Source: a virus
Lineage: Duplodnaviria > Caudoviricetes
Direction: 5' to 3' (one strand)
DNA: 28,474 nucleotides
Virus record (IMG/VR): IMGVR_UViG_3300037350_000024
Span: 1-28,474 of that record
Below are positions 16,790-24,404 of this stretch, one piece after another. Numbering within the stretch: position 1 is the stretch's first letter; each line of letters begins with the position of its first letter. The position numbers were made by a program, and so were the translations under genes. The notes beneath the pieces are model-generated. The model saw only the letters and a program-made list of their open reading frames with translations. It was not told where the DNA came from and ran no database searches.

Positions 16790-17235
16790 TTCACGGCCCT
16801 CAGTGTGATGTTCAGGTCCACCACGCCATTCGGCCATGTGTGCTTGCGCTCGCTGACGACATCGAAGCTCGCGTGTACGCCGTTACCGACGCAGAATCGC
16901 TCTCTCGCCGGATTGCCCCGCGTGTAGTATTCGAACGACAGGCGGTTCCAATAGCTGACGTGCTGAGGATCGCACCATGCGCCAGGCCCATCGGTGGTCG
17001 GCACTTTGATCTCAATCGTGCCGCTAGGTTTCAGCACTCGCCAGATTTCGTTCATCGTCAGAATCTTGTCGGGCAGGTGCTCCAGCAGGTCATGGCAGCG
17101 AATGTGGCTCACGCTGTCCGTTTCCCACGGCCACGGGAATAGCGACAGGTCCGCGATCACGTCAGCCGGCGCAACGATGTCAACGTTCACGAAGCCGGGA
17201 AGAAGCGAGTCTGAACAGCCAAGATTGAGTTTCAT
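16786..17235 (-). CDS. Class I SAM-dependent methyltransferase (type seen in glycan clusters)
   Basis: MKLNLGC, FVNVDI, DL...WPW..DSV, HDLLEHL, EIWRVLKPSG, DPQH motifs. Confidence 0.9.
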   Translation of the reverse strand: MKLNLGCSDSLLPGFVNVDIVAPADVIADLSLFPWPWETDSVSHIRCHDLLEHLPDKILTMNEIWRVLKPSGTIEIKVPTTDGPGAWCDPQHVSYWNRLSFEYYTRGNPARERFCVGNGVHASFDVVSERKHTWPNGVVDLNITLRAVK

Positions 17236-17963
17236 AGTTTCATTGTCCTTTCGCAGTAGTCGTCAAAAGATGCCGCCCGCCGCCACATGTTGCGGTCCTT
17301 ATCCGGCGCGTAGACGCTGGTATTCCCAGAGTGGATGCTGCAGATCATGCGGGGAGTGATATTCCCAATTCTCAATCCGTCAATAGACTCTACGTTAGCG
17401 CTGACGCCAACCACCTTCAGCCCCGTTATGAATCTTACGTCCTCCCCATGGTTGATGTCCGCGAACGGCTTCTGTTCCCAGGCGCGACGCCAGAATAGTA
17501 ACGAGGCCCCGAGCCCATAGGTGGGACTGGGGCAGCGATACAGCCACGCCTCGGAAGAATCTTCTTTCCAGAACAGGGTCTCATTGAATCCGACCACATC
17601 CGCCGCCGATGCTTCCAGTAGCGCCACCTGTTCAGCCATCCTATTGGCGTGAGAGATATCGTCGGAATCCATCGTCATGACGATGTCGCAGCGCGATTTA
17701 GCGATTGCCTCGTTTCTCAACTGGCCCACGGTCGCACCACTGCGTCGATGCCACACTTCGACGCCTAACGGATCGTAAACGAACGTCGGCGCGTACTTCG
17801 GATCTCCGGTGTCCCAGATCAGCAGATATTTGTTGGTATAGGTCTGAGCCATGAACGATTGGACGGCGCGCGCCACCATCGCGTGGCGTCCGTTGACCAG
17901 CATCACCGCGCACACTCTAGGCTGCATGGTGAACCTTCCAGTGGCATTTATCGCATTCTTCAT
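17232..17963 (-). CDS. Glycosyltransferase family 2 (GT-A), ~243 aa
   Basis: AVQSFMAQTY.N..LLIWD, G.LRN.AI, MDSDDISH..R..EQV, GED motifs; start at the ATGA overlap with the RHH gene. Confidence 0.9.
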   Translation of the reverse strand: MKNAINATGRFTMQPRVCAVMLVNGRHAMVARAVQSFMAQTYTNKYLLIWDTGDPKYAPTFVYDPLGVEVWHRRSGATVGQLRNEAIAKSRCDIVMTMDSDDISHANRMAEQVALLEASAADVVGFNETLFWKEDSSEAWLYRCPSPTYGLGASLLFWRRAWEQKPFADINHGEDVRFITGLKVVGVSANVESIDGLRIGNITPRMICSIHSGNTSVYAPDKDRNMWRRAASFDDYCERTMKL

Positions 17964-18124
17964 ACGCTCCCGTCCCTTCCCAGCTTCTGCAGCAGCACGG
18001 CCCTGATCCACTGGCTCAGCAGCAGGTTTTTCGACCACGCCGCCTGCACGAAGTCCCGGTGTTCCGTCTCGGTGACACGCAGGTAGATGATCTTCTTCCG
18101 CTGGTCCGGGGGCTTTGCTTTCAC
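17960..18124 (-). CDS. Ribbon-helix-helix DNA-binding protein, 54 aa (not in the ORF track; leaderless)
   Basis: MKAKPPDQRKKIIYLRVTETEHRDFVQAAWSKNLLLSQWIRAVLLQKLGRDGSV*: beta strand IYLRV, then a helix, then an LSQWIR helix. Confidence 0.75.
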   Translation of the reverse strand: MKAKPPDQRKKIIYLRVTETEHRDFVQAAWSKNLLLSQWIRAVLLQKLGRDGSV

Positions 18125-18131
18125 GCTGACG

Positions 18132-18161
18132 ATTGTAGGACCGTCGCACTACGCATGTCAA
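18132..18161 (-). promoter_or_regulatory. Near-consensus sigma70 promoter heading the glycan island
   Basis: TTGACA(18161-18156)-N18-TACAAT(18137-18132), 7 nt before the GTG at 18124. Confidence 0.75.
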
Positions 18162-18185
18162 GCGAAATCGTGGTAGGATGGCTGC

Positions 18186-18245
18186 GGGTTGGTGATGGCG
18201 TCGCGAGTCGCCCTCGTGGCAGGTTCGAATCCTGCGAACCAACCC
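18186..18245 (+). ncRNA. tRNA-like mini-RNA (T-arm plus acceptor-like stem, no D-arm)
   Basis: GGGTTGGT/ACCAACCC closing stem; perfect T-arm GCAGG-TTCGAAT-CCTGC; GCGA-capped hairpin; TGG-TAGGAT extended -10 six nt upstream. Confidence 0.6.
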
Positions 18246-18246
18246 T

Positions 18247-19647
18247 TTACACTGGCGAGATGCGGTAGCCTTCCCCAAAGGTCAACGATTGCTCGCGTGG
18301 CACCAGCCGGCAGTACGCCATGATGAGCGATTCGGCGCGATCAGGAGAGTTCCCGCCGCGCGCCTTCGATTCACGCTTTGATTCAATCTCAATCTTTCCG
18401 CTGCGCTCTCGGTAGCGAATGTCCGATAGCTGCGCCTGCGTGGTTTCGTCGGCAAGCCCGATCACGTGATTGTCGCGCATACACTCGCGCAAATAGAAGT
18501 AGGCTTCGGCCTTCGCGTCCCAATACATCACCGGGTCCACAGGCGCCGCGTTGGCCACGAAGCATCGCACCTCATAACTGCGCGCCAAGTACCGCATGAA
18601 GTAGTATCCGATTCCGACCGTGTCACCGACCAGCACAACCGGGTGACCGGGGAAGCGCAACTGCTGCGCGCTGATCCATTGCATACACGCGTCGGTCGGA
18701 TCGGCATCGGGCCACGCTTGCTGTGCTACGACAAACGGACCAATGCGCGCGGTTGCTACCGTTTCGTCGCAACCGGGCCCGGCAACGTCGATACCGATCT
18801 GCATGTACAGCTTGGCTTGCGAGTAAGGCTTGAAGTCGTCCGGCTCGTACGGCAATGCGGCTCGTTCGATCCATTCAAGCCTGAATACAGAGTCATCTGA
18901 CTGCGATGGAAACTCGCCCAGCACACGAGAGATGAAACGCGGGTTAGTCGGTCCCCACTTGTTGTATAGGTCAATTACTGCGCGACGTCTCGCCAACATA
19001 GGGAAGGGAGCGTAATCTAACTCGTCATCGCTAAGTTGCAGCAGCGATTCCATTGTAAGTCCGTGTAAGTTGGGAGTGTCGAACGCCGAGATAGTTATAC
19101 ACTCGTGACCTTTGTCGCCACGGCGCTTGTGAAAGTCATCGAATACCGGCCCGCTGGGGACTGTCGGGTTGCACAGTTTCACCACGCGAACATCGCCGGC
19201 CATTGCGATGCCGTCAATCACATCCCACAGGTCGGTCGAGATGCCAATCGCCTCGTCCGCCAGGATCAGCACCCGCAGCCCGTGAAAGCCTTGCGCGTTG
19301 ACGCCTTTGCTGCTCGAAAATCCGATGGCGTAGCGCTTCTCGTCCAGGTGCCATTCGGTCGTTGTGCGCTCGGGAAGCTGGCTGGGAATCGCGCTGATCG
19401 CCGTGTCGATTTCTCGCCACATGAGTTTCACTTGGCGCAGCGTCGGCGCAATGGTCAGCACGAGGTCTGCGGTGCGCGTCTGCAGCACGTAGGGCACAAG
19501 TCCAGCGATGGTGAACGTCTTGCCGGACCCGTGGCAGCCCTTGATCGAAACGCTGTGCTTCGTGGTGACGGCTTTGCAGATCTGCCGCTGGATTCTCCAG
19601 AGCTTGCGCCCAAGGACTTTGTGCTGGTACTCGACTGGGCCTATCAC
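18247..19647 (-). CDS. terL: Terminase large subunit
   Basis: Walker A GCHGSGKT, Walker B LILADEA, motif III CNP, nuclease IGIDVA..G.D, SPDRAES. Confidence 0.95.
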   Translation of the reverse strand: MIGPVEYQHKVLGRKLWRIQRQICKAVTTKHSVSIKGCHGSGKTFTIAGLVPYVLQTRTADLVLTIAPTLRQVKLMWREIDTAISAIPSQLPERTTTEWHLDEKRYAIGFSSSKGVNAQGFHGLRVLILADEAIGISTDLWDVIDGIAMAGDVRVVKLCNPTVPSGPVFDDFHKRRGDKGHECITISAFDTPNLHGLTMESLLQLSDDELDYAPFPMLARRRAVIDLYNKWGPTNPRFISRVLGEFPSQSDDSVFRLEWIERAALPYEPDDFKPYSQAKLYMQIGIDVAGPGCDETVATARIGPFVVAQQAWPDADPTDACMQWISAQQLRFPGHPVVLVGDTVGIGYYFMRYLARSYEVRCFVANAAPVDPVMYWDAKAEAYFYLRECMRDNHVIGLADETTQAQLSDIRYRERSGKIEIESKRESKARGGNSPDRAESLIMAYCRLVPREQSLTFGEGYRISPV

Positions 19648-20012
19648 GGCTGTGTGTCGTAGTCCTCGTCGGTGTTCTGCTTGGACTGAAAGTACGCCTC
19701 CATCGCCTCGTTGGGGAACAGCGGCTTGCCTCCCGGTCCCTGCAGTTGGTGGATCTGCGCGGCCGCGAGTCCTGCCCGGTCGAGGATGTCTTTCACGGCT
19801 GATAGCTTCACGCTATCGGTATCGGCATTGTCCACGAGGTCTTGGAGCCTGCGGAGCGCGGGGTTGACTAACCCCAGGATTCGTAGCTGGGCTGCCGCGC
19901 GTACCTGGGGAGCACGTCCACCGTGAGACCCGCAGACGTTGCCACCCAGCATAGCCGGACGACGACAGCGTTGGCCAGACTGGCTGCTATGCGCGGTGCA
20001 TTGTACTTCCAT
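19644..20012 (-). CDS. Putative terminase small subunit with C..C..C..HGG Zn-binding N-terminus
   Basis: CTAHS..G.RC..PA..G..VC.SHGG; A.KDILDRAG; overlaps the terL start. Confidence 0.7.
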   Translation of the reverse strand: MEVQCTAHSSQSGQRCRRPAMLGGNVCGSHGGRAPQVRAAAQLRILGLVNPALRRLQDLVDNADTDSVKLSAVKDILDRAGLAAAQIHQLQGPGGKPLFPNEAMEAYFQSKQNTDEDYDTQP

Positions 20013-20038
20013 GGGTATTGCCTATCACGGGTAACTGC

Positions 20039-20371
20039 TCATTCTACACGCTTTGGCTTGTCGAGGGTAAGCAGGCGCTCCAGTTCGGCCACTTCGGGGT
20101 TGATTTCAATGCGCTCGACTCGCCAATTTCCACCAGCGATCCAAATGCCCGTTCTTGGCGTTTCTAGCCCCGTGGCTGCGTTGGGGGATGCTGGACTACC
20201 ACCTAAGCCTTGGTGATTGACTGGCGGGGTGGGTTTAGCGGTAAATCCAGGCATCGTACGGAAAGCCTCAAAGCGCCTTTGGCACCGGAGGCAGATGTAC
20301 TCGCCGCAAACGGGTCGGGTGATGGGTCCGTGGAAGGTGCGGCAGATCCAGCGGGCGAAGTGCTCACGCAT
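20039..20371 (-). CDS. Hypothetical protein with C-H-C-C motif, 110 aa
   Basis: WICRTFHGPITRPV.G.YICLRC.R; start set to 20371. Confidence 0.6.
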   Translation of the reverse strand: MREHFARWICRTFHGPITRPVCGEYICLRCQRRFEAFRTMPGFTAKPTPPVNHQGLGGSPASPNAATGLETPRTGIWIAGGNWRVERIEINPEVAELERLLTLDKPKRVE

Positions 20372-20525
20372 GGGGAGCCTCCGCGGGTCGCAACTGCTTC
20401 GGCTTTCGGTCGCGGACGGGTTTGACAACCGTGGGCTCGTATAGCGGCCACGGTTTGAAGCGCTCTCGCGCCAGTTCGCGGATTCGCTCCGGTGTCGCCC
20501 ATCGCTCCTGCTGTTCGGGTGTCAT
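20364..20525 (-). CDS. 53-aa hypothetical protein
   Basis: ATGA overlap with the upstream gene (MTPEQQERW...). Confidence 0.55.
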   Translation of the reverse strand: MTPEQQERWATPERIRELARERFKPWPLYEPTVVKPVRDRKPKQLRPAEAPHA

Positions 20526-21073
20526 AGGCCCGCTTCCTCTCGCGCTTTCTTGTCGCGGTTCTGCTTCACGGCCTGATCGATCTCCTGCTGCGTTATCGGC
20601 CGCCAGTTCGGGTTCGTTGGCTTCGGTGCGGCCGACTTGCGAATGCGCGCCACGTGCCGATTCATGTCCATCATGTTCGCGCAATCGCGGATAACCGGGT
20701 CAACTCCAACTTGCGCAGCGCGCCGATCCTCACAGCGTCCCTCGATCAGCCCTTGAGCGTGCGCGACGCCGAGAATCAGCCGGTTGGTTTCTTCGCGCTC
20801 GCTGGGAATCCCATCGAGATAGACGGTTGAGTGCCTTTCGATTCCATCACGGGGCTTGAACTTGGAGCAGAAGCAGGCGCGCATTTCCGCCGGCCCTGGC
20901 CACTCGTTGTACAAACCGTTCGTCATTCGGTTTACGAGCCAGTCTACTTGCTCTTCGGATTTTGCCATCCGGCACACGAGGTCAAGAATTCCAAGACGGG
21001 CGCCCTCGTCGGACGGAAAGAATTTCAGCATTGCCAACTTTTCGATTTTGACTGCTACGTTCTTGACGTTCAC
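20522..21073 (-). CDS. Putative helicase loader / replication accessory protein
   Basis: Directly follows the initiator-like gene; EWPGPAEMR resembles the (F/W)PxPAE motif of phage loader-like proteins. Function is inferred. Confidence 0.55.
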   Translation of the reverse strand: MNVKNVAVKIEKLAMLKFFPSDEGARLGILDLVCRMAKSEEQVDWLVNRMTNGLYNEWPGPAEMRACFCSKFKPRDGIERHSTVYLDGIPSEREETNRLILGVAHAQGLIEGRCEDRRAAQVGVDPVIRDCANMMDMNRHVARIRKSAAPKPTNPNWRPITQQEIDQAVKQNRDKKAREEAGL

Positions 21074-21948
21074 ATTGGCTCCATTCCGGCGTCGATACGC
21101 CGCTGCATTGCCCGCTGCACACTTTCCGAAAAGTTGCTGGCCTTTCCGGTTGCGTTTGTTTTTGCGGCTGGTGCTGTCACCTCATCACGCCAGCGTTCCC
21201 CATTCAGCCAAGTGGCGCCATGGGGTCGGTGCGCCGGCTCTCTGGCCATCATGCCGGGGTATTGAGCGCTGGTGGCTTTCATGACCACCTCGAAAATCTC
21301 TGTGCTCTTCACGGATTTGACGAAGGCCCTTTCCGCATCCTTGCGGGATTTCTTCAGCCAGTATCCGGTCCACCACATCTCGAACCATTCCCGCTGATAA
21401 ACAGCCAGCGCCCCGTTTCCGTTTTTGTGGCCATTCACCGGGACCAGATCGAACTGCGGCGGCTCATCCTCAGGCGCATCGGTTTCTGATGCGCGAATGC
21501 GGCTATTTGTGGGAACTACTTCTGGTTCAGTAGTAGTGGTTGAGGATGGGATGGGATGGGTGGGTTCGTTTTCCGTTGCCTTTTTTGGCAACGGGGAATC
21601 AACGCCCGTTGAACGCCCGTTCCTTCTCCGTTCACCAGAAGCGATGCCAGCAAGCCTCTTCTGCTCATGGTAACCATCAAGCTTTCCAAGCACTTCCGTT
21701 ACTTTAGAGTGCGTGTAACGACCGTTCGTTTCGTTAAATAGGGGCTTTACCTGTTTCCAGCACCGTTGAAACTCTTCATCGGAGCAGTTTGCGATTCTCG
21801 CGAGCTTCCGTTCATCGGTCGGTAACGACCGTTCGACATAACAGAAGTCCAGCAGTTCGCGGTAGAGTGCTCGCTCTTCGAGCGTCAAATTGAGTCGGGT
21901 TTCTGAGTTTCGCCAATCGGCGATGTACCAAGGATATGAATGGATCAT
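21070..21948 (-). CDS. DUF1376/YdaU-family replication initiator-like protein, 292 aa
   Basis: YPWYIADW...LTLEERALYRELLD.CY...LP.D...LARI; low-complexity linker; F..WW..Y.KK.RK.A...F, HGATWLNGERWRDE C-terminal domain. Confidence 0.85.
   Translation of the reverse strand: MIHSYPWYIADWRNSETRLNLTLEERALYRELLDFCYVERSLPTDERKLARIANCSDEEFQRCWKQVKPLFNETNGRYTHSKVTEVLGKLDGYHEQKRLAGIASGERRRNGRSTGVDSPLPKKATENEPTHPIPSSTTTTEPEVVPTNSRIRASETDAPEDEPPQFDLVPVNGHKNGNGALAVYQREWFEMWWTGYWLKKSRKDAERAFVKSVKSTEIFEVVMKATSAQYPGMMAREPAHRPHGATWLNGERWRDEVTAPAAKTNATGKASNFSESVQRAMQRRIDAGMEPM
21573..21833. repeat. Iteron-like repeats, candidate replication origin
   Basis: AACG(C/A)CCGTT at 21601, 21612, 21717 and 21824; inverted repeat CCGTTGCC-T6-GGCAACGG at 21573-21594. 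Confidence 0.6.
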
Positions 21949-21949
21949 G

Positions 21950-22013
21950 CTCAACCTTTCCAGACCGGCCCGGCTGGCGGCCGGTTGAGTAGCGCACCAG
22001 CCGATCCCGGCCC
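21950..22013 (-). ncRNA. Candidate pseudoknotted 5' leader of the replication gene
   Basis: 7+10 bp stem whose 15-nt loop holds CUCAACC, complementary to GGUUGAG 1 nt before the ATG. Confidence 0.5.
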
Positions 22014-22066
22014 TTCCAAACACCCACCGCCGTCGCGGTTTGCCGTGGTGGCAAGGATGTAAGGAT

Positions 22067-22095
22067 AGCTTACTCTCTCACACCTGTGAAATCAA
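22067..22095 (-). promoter_or_regulatory. Promoter of the replication operon with palindromic operator candidate
   Basis: TTGATT-N17-TAAGCT; TCACA-CC-TGTGA (22078-22089) lies in the spacer. Confidence 0.55.
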
Positions 22096-22113
22096 TAACA
22101 ATTACGGGACTGT

Positions 22114-22545
22114 TTAGTCCGATGTTTGACCGATGGCGACGGCGTTGCCAAAGATGACAATCATGCTCGGGAATGGCGCGCTAGAAGTTGCATCACCGAA
22201 CCTCAACCTTCCCCGGATAAACCGAATCTCAGACGCAAAAGGAAGGCATATATCATGGAACCACCTCGTGTCAGTTCGCGCGGGAAGCAGAAAAACGGAC
22301 AAGTCCGCATCTTTCCAACACTCCAAAAATCTAGTTATCTCAGGGCCGTAAGGAGGATTACAAAATACCCGTTTCCCCTCCCACGAGTTCAAAAGCCGCG
22401 CGCTTCCGTCGATATCGCCTCCGAGTGGGCAAGGGTCGAAATTAAAGCAAAATTCAGCATGTAATTGGGCATACAGAACGGCTGGCGTTCTCCATTCCCA
22501 AGACTTGCTGGACATCATGGCTGCTATCTTCGGCAATGGTTTCAT
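22114..22545 (-). CDS. Phage DNA N6-adenine methyltransferase (Dam-like phage family)
   Basis: EWRTP, F.FDPC, VFCNPPYG, LLPARTDTRWFH, IRFIRGRLRFG, APFPS motifs. Confidence 0.92.
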   Translation of the reverse strand: MKPLPKIAAMMSSKSWEWRTPAVLYAQLHAEFCFNFDPCPLGGDIDGSARLLNSWEGKRVFCNPPYGPEITRFLECWKDADLSVFLLPARTDTRWFHDICLPFASEIRFIRGRLRFGDATSSAPFPSMIVIFGNAVAIGQTSD

Positions 22546-22602
22546 GTTTGACCGATGGAGACTGTGGGTCCAGCGCCCACTGTGGGATCAAGACCCCTGG
22601 GT

Positions 22603-22815
22603 TTATAGTTGATCAGCGACATAGGCCGCAAACTGTGAAACCTGTCCGCGAACGATTGCCACCCAACCTGATCCGCTGCACAATTCGCACTTCGGATCGG
22701 GCTTCCGCCAGTTTGAGTCACACTCGCATGGCTGAACAGCTATCGCACAATGTCGACATGTCCGGACTTTACCAGACGGCGACATTTTCCCTGGTCGATG
22801 CCAGCAGGAAATCAT
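22603..22815 (-). CDS. Cys-rich Zn-finger protein, 70 aa
   Basis: CRHC, CEC, CELCSGSG (DnaJ-like repeat); ATGA-coupled start. Confidence 0.65.
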   Translation of the reverse strand: MISCWHRPGKMSPSGKVRTCRHCAIAVQPCECDSNWRKPDPKCELCSGSGWVAIVRGQVSQFAAYVADQL

Positions 22816-23432
22816 AGCGTGCACGCCTGGCCCATGGACGCCAGAAGCACCGCAATCGCAGCCTGCAAATTGCACGCCGACAGTGGGCAAGCGCCACGGC
22901 CTGTGATGCCGTCTATAACCGCGCGAACGTCAGTGCCATTGACCACGCCGTCAGAGTTGACGTCGCAGCGATTGACCACCAGGATCGCATAGGGCGTCCC
23001 GCTGAGAGTCGCCACATTGAGGCCGGTGCTCGAGACGCCGAACAGCCCCGACAGCGGGACAGCCAACGAGCCACCAGGCGCGTTGCCGGGAATGGCCAAC
23101 TGGAAGGTAGCCACGATGCCGTCAGAGTAGATGGCGTTGCTGACGACGTTGGTGGACGACAGCCCAATGGTGACGCAGGTTGCATTGGTCGCTCCGCAGT
23201 AGAGCGCCTTACTGGCTGCGGTCGATGCGGCGCCCGCGGCAGTCCCTGTGAAGGTGGACGACGCCGCCGGCGTGGCCGTCCACTGGAGCCCAGATACCGC
23301 CTGGCCAGCCGATCCTGCCAGCGATAGGGTGAGAGTGACGGTAGAGCCCGGGGAAGCTGACACCGGGCCCGTGAGCGTGAGAGTCTGCGCGGAGATGAGC
23401 GCGGGGATGAGGAGCAGCGTGAGAGTTTTCAT
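22812..23432 (-). CDS. Secreted cohesin-like plus dockerin-like protein, 206 aa
   Basis: Signal peptide; SASPGSTVTLTLSL..VSGLQW...DGIVATFQLAIP.NA..G (cohesin-like); CDVNSDGVVNGTDV (dockerin Ca-binding loop). Confidence 0.75.
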   Translation of the reverse strand: MKTLTLLLIPALISAQTLTLTGPVSASPGSTVTLTLSLAGSAGQAVSGLQWTATPAASSTFTGTAAGAASTAASKALYCGATNATCVTIGLSSTNVVSNAIYSDGIVATFQLAIPGNAPGGSLAVPLSGLFGVSSTGLNVATLSGTPYAILVVNRCDVNSDGVVNGTDVRAVIDGITGRGACPLSACNLQAAIAVLLASMGQACTL

Positions 23433-23758
23433 TGGGTTCCAGTATCGTACTTTCTACGAAGGTAGACGATCCGGCGTACCTTGTGGTCGCTGATTCTTTC
23501 CGACTGCGCCGCTTCTTGCTCCAGTTTGGCGAGCTCCGCGCACGCGCTGGATTGATGCGTCTGGCGATGCTTCAGCGATTCCTTGACGCGCTTGCGGAGT
23601 TCCTGGATAGTGGGCGGCTTGTACGTGTGCCGGCGCTTCACGCCAGCTATTTCGTCAGGACCTTTTTTTGTCTGCCAGTCGTTGGGAATTTCAGCCCTTG
23701 AGTGACTGCCGTAACCAGCGGCTATCAAGGCGTCTGCGTCGGCTTCCATCGGGCTCAT
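23429..23758 (-). CDS. Hypothetical basic protein, ~109 aa
   Basis: TGATG overlap with the upstream gene; ATGA overlap with the downstream gene. Confidence 0.6.
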   Translation of the reverse strand: MSPMEADADALIAAGYGSHSRAEIPNDWQTKKGPDEIAGVKRRHTYKPPTIQELRKRVKESLKHRQTHQSSACAELAKLEQEAAQSERISDHKVRRIVYLRRKYDTGTQ

Positions 23759-24219
23759 CACCACCACCTCGCACGGCGCATTAGGTTCGATTCCGCATAA
23801 TATTCCTTGAATCCTATGACCGATGCGCCGAAATCGACCGATGCTATCCATGTCTGAAAGCCTCTTGCTCGCTCCCTGGCATGCCAAGCTGTCTGATGCT
23901 TGGACACCTTTCCTTTGCGTGCTTTGAACTCGACCCACAGTAACTCGCAACAGAACTCGTTTTCTCTGTCTACCAAGCTGCCAACTATACGCATGTACAG
24001 ATGGTCGGCCATGCCCAACTCACCGAAGCCTTTACCTCTCGACTTATCGGAAACAGGGTCAGTGCGCAGCGCGCGCCAGCCGTCCTCTTCCATGAACTTA
24101 GTGCACTCAGCCTCAATGAGCGCCTCCGAATCATTCGAGGGAGCAGCAACCGCCGCTCCCTCTTGAGGAGTCTTCAGCCGCGCGTAGTGAGCCGCCAGGT
24201 CGTCCTCAGTCCAACTCAT
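23758..24219 (-). CDS. VRR-NUC / PD-(D/E)XK nuclease-like protein
   Basis: E..IE..C, GMAD, LLWVEFK..KG.VS..Q..W....RG motifs. Confidence 0.75.
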   Translation of the reverse strand: MSWTEDDLAAHYARLKTPQEGAAVAAPSNDSEALIEAECTKFMEEDGWRALRTDPVSDKSRGKGFGELGMADHLYMRIVGSLVDRENEFCCELLWVEFKARKGKVSKHQTAWHARERARGFQTWIASVDFGASVIGFKEYYAESNLMRRARWW

Positions 24220-24404
24220 GCGGCAGGCACCTCCTGCGGCTTCTGTTTCCGCGGCCGGCGCGGCTTCGGCTCACTGCTCGGGATAGGCAGACTGGCCGTC
24301 TGGTATCCGTAAACGCGGTCGTTGAACCGCTGCTGCTGGTCCGTATCAAGGGTAGCCCACAGGTCGAAGGCTGCGTCTACCGGGTCTGTTTTGCGTCTGC
24401 TCAC
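24216..24404 (-). CDS. 62-aa hypothetical protein
   Basis: Overlaps both neighbouring genes. Confidence 0.6.
   Translation of the reverse strand: MSRRKTDPVDAAFDLWATLDTDQQQRFNDRVYGYQTASLPIPSSEPKPRRPRKQKPQEVPAA

Noticed and set aside
10466-17963. Classical gtrABC serotype-conversion cassette or host O-antigen locus
   Set aside because: No flippase, polymerase or multi-TM transferase; genes are interleaved with phage-type ORFs and flanked by terL and portal.
18186-18245. Functional tRNA gene
   Set aside because: Only 60 nt, with no D-arm, no 7-nt anticodon loop and no terminal CCA; kept as a tRNA-like element.
17964-18278. N-terminal extension of the GT2 ORF given in the track (17232..18278)
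   Set aside because: It would run across the RHH gene, the promoter and the tRNA-like RNA; GT motifs begin only after the coupled ATG at 17963.
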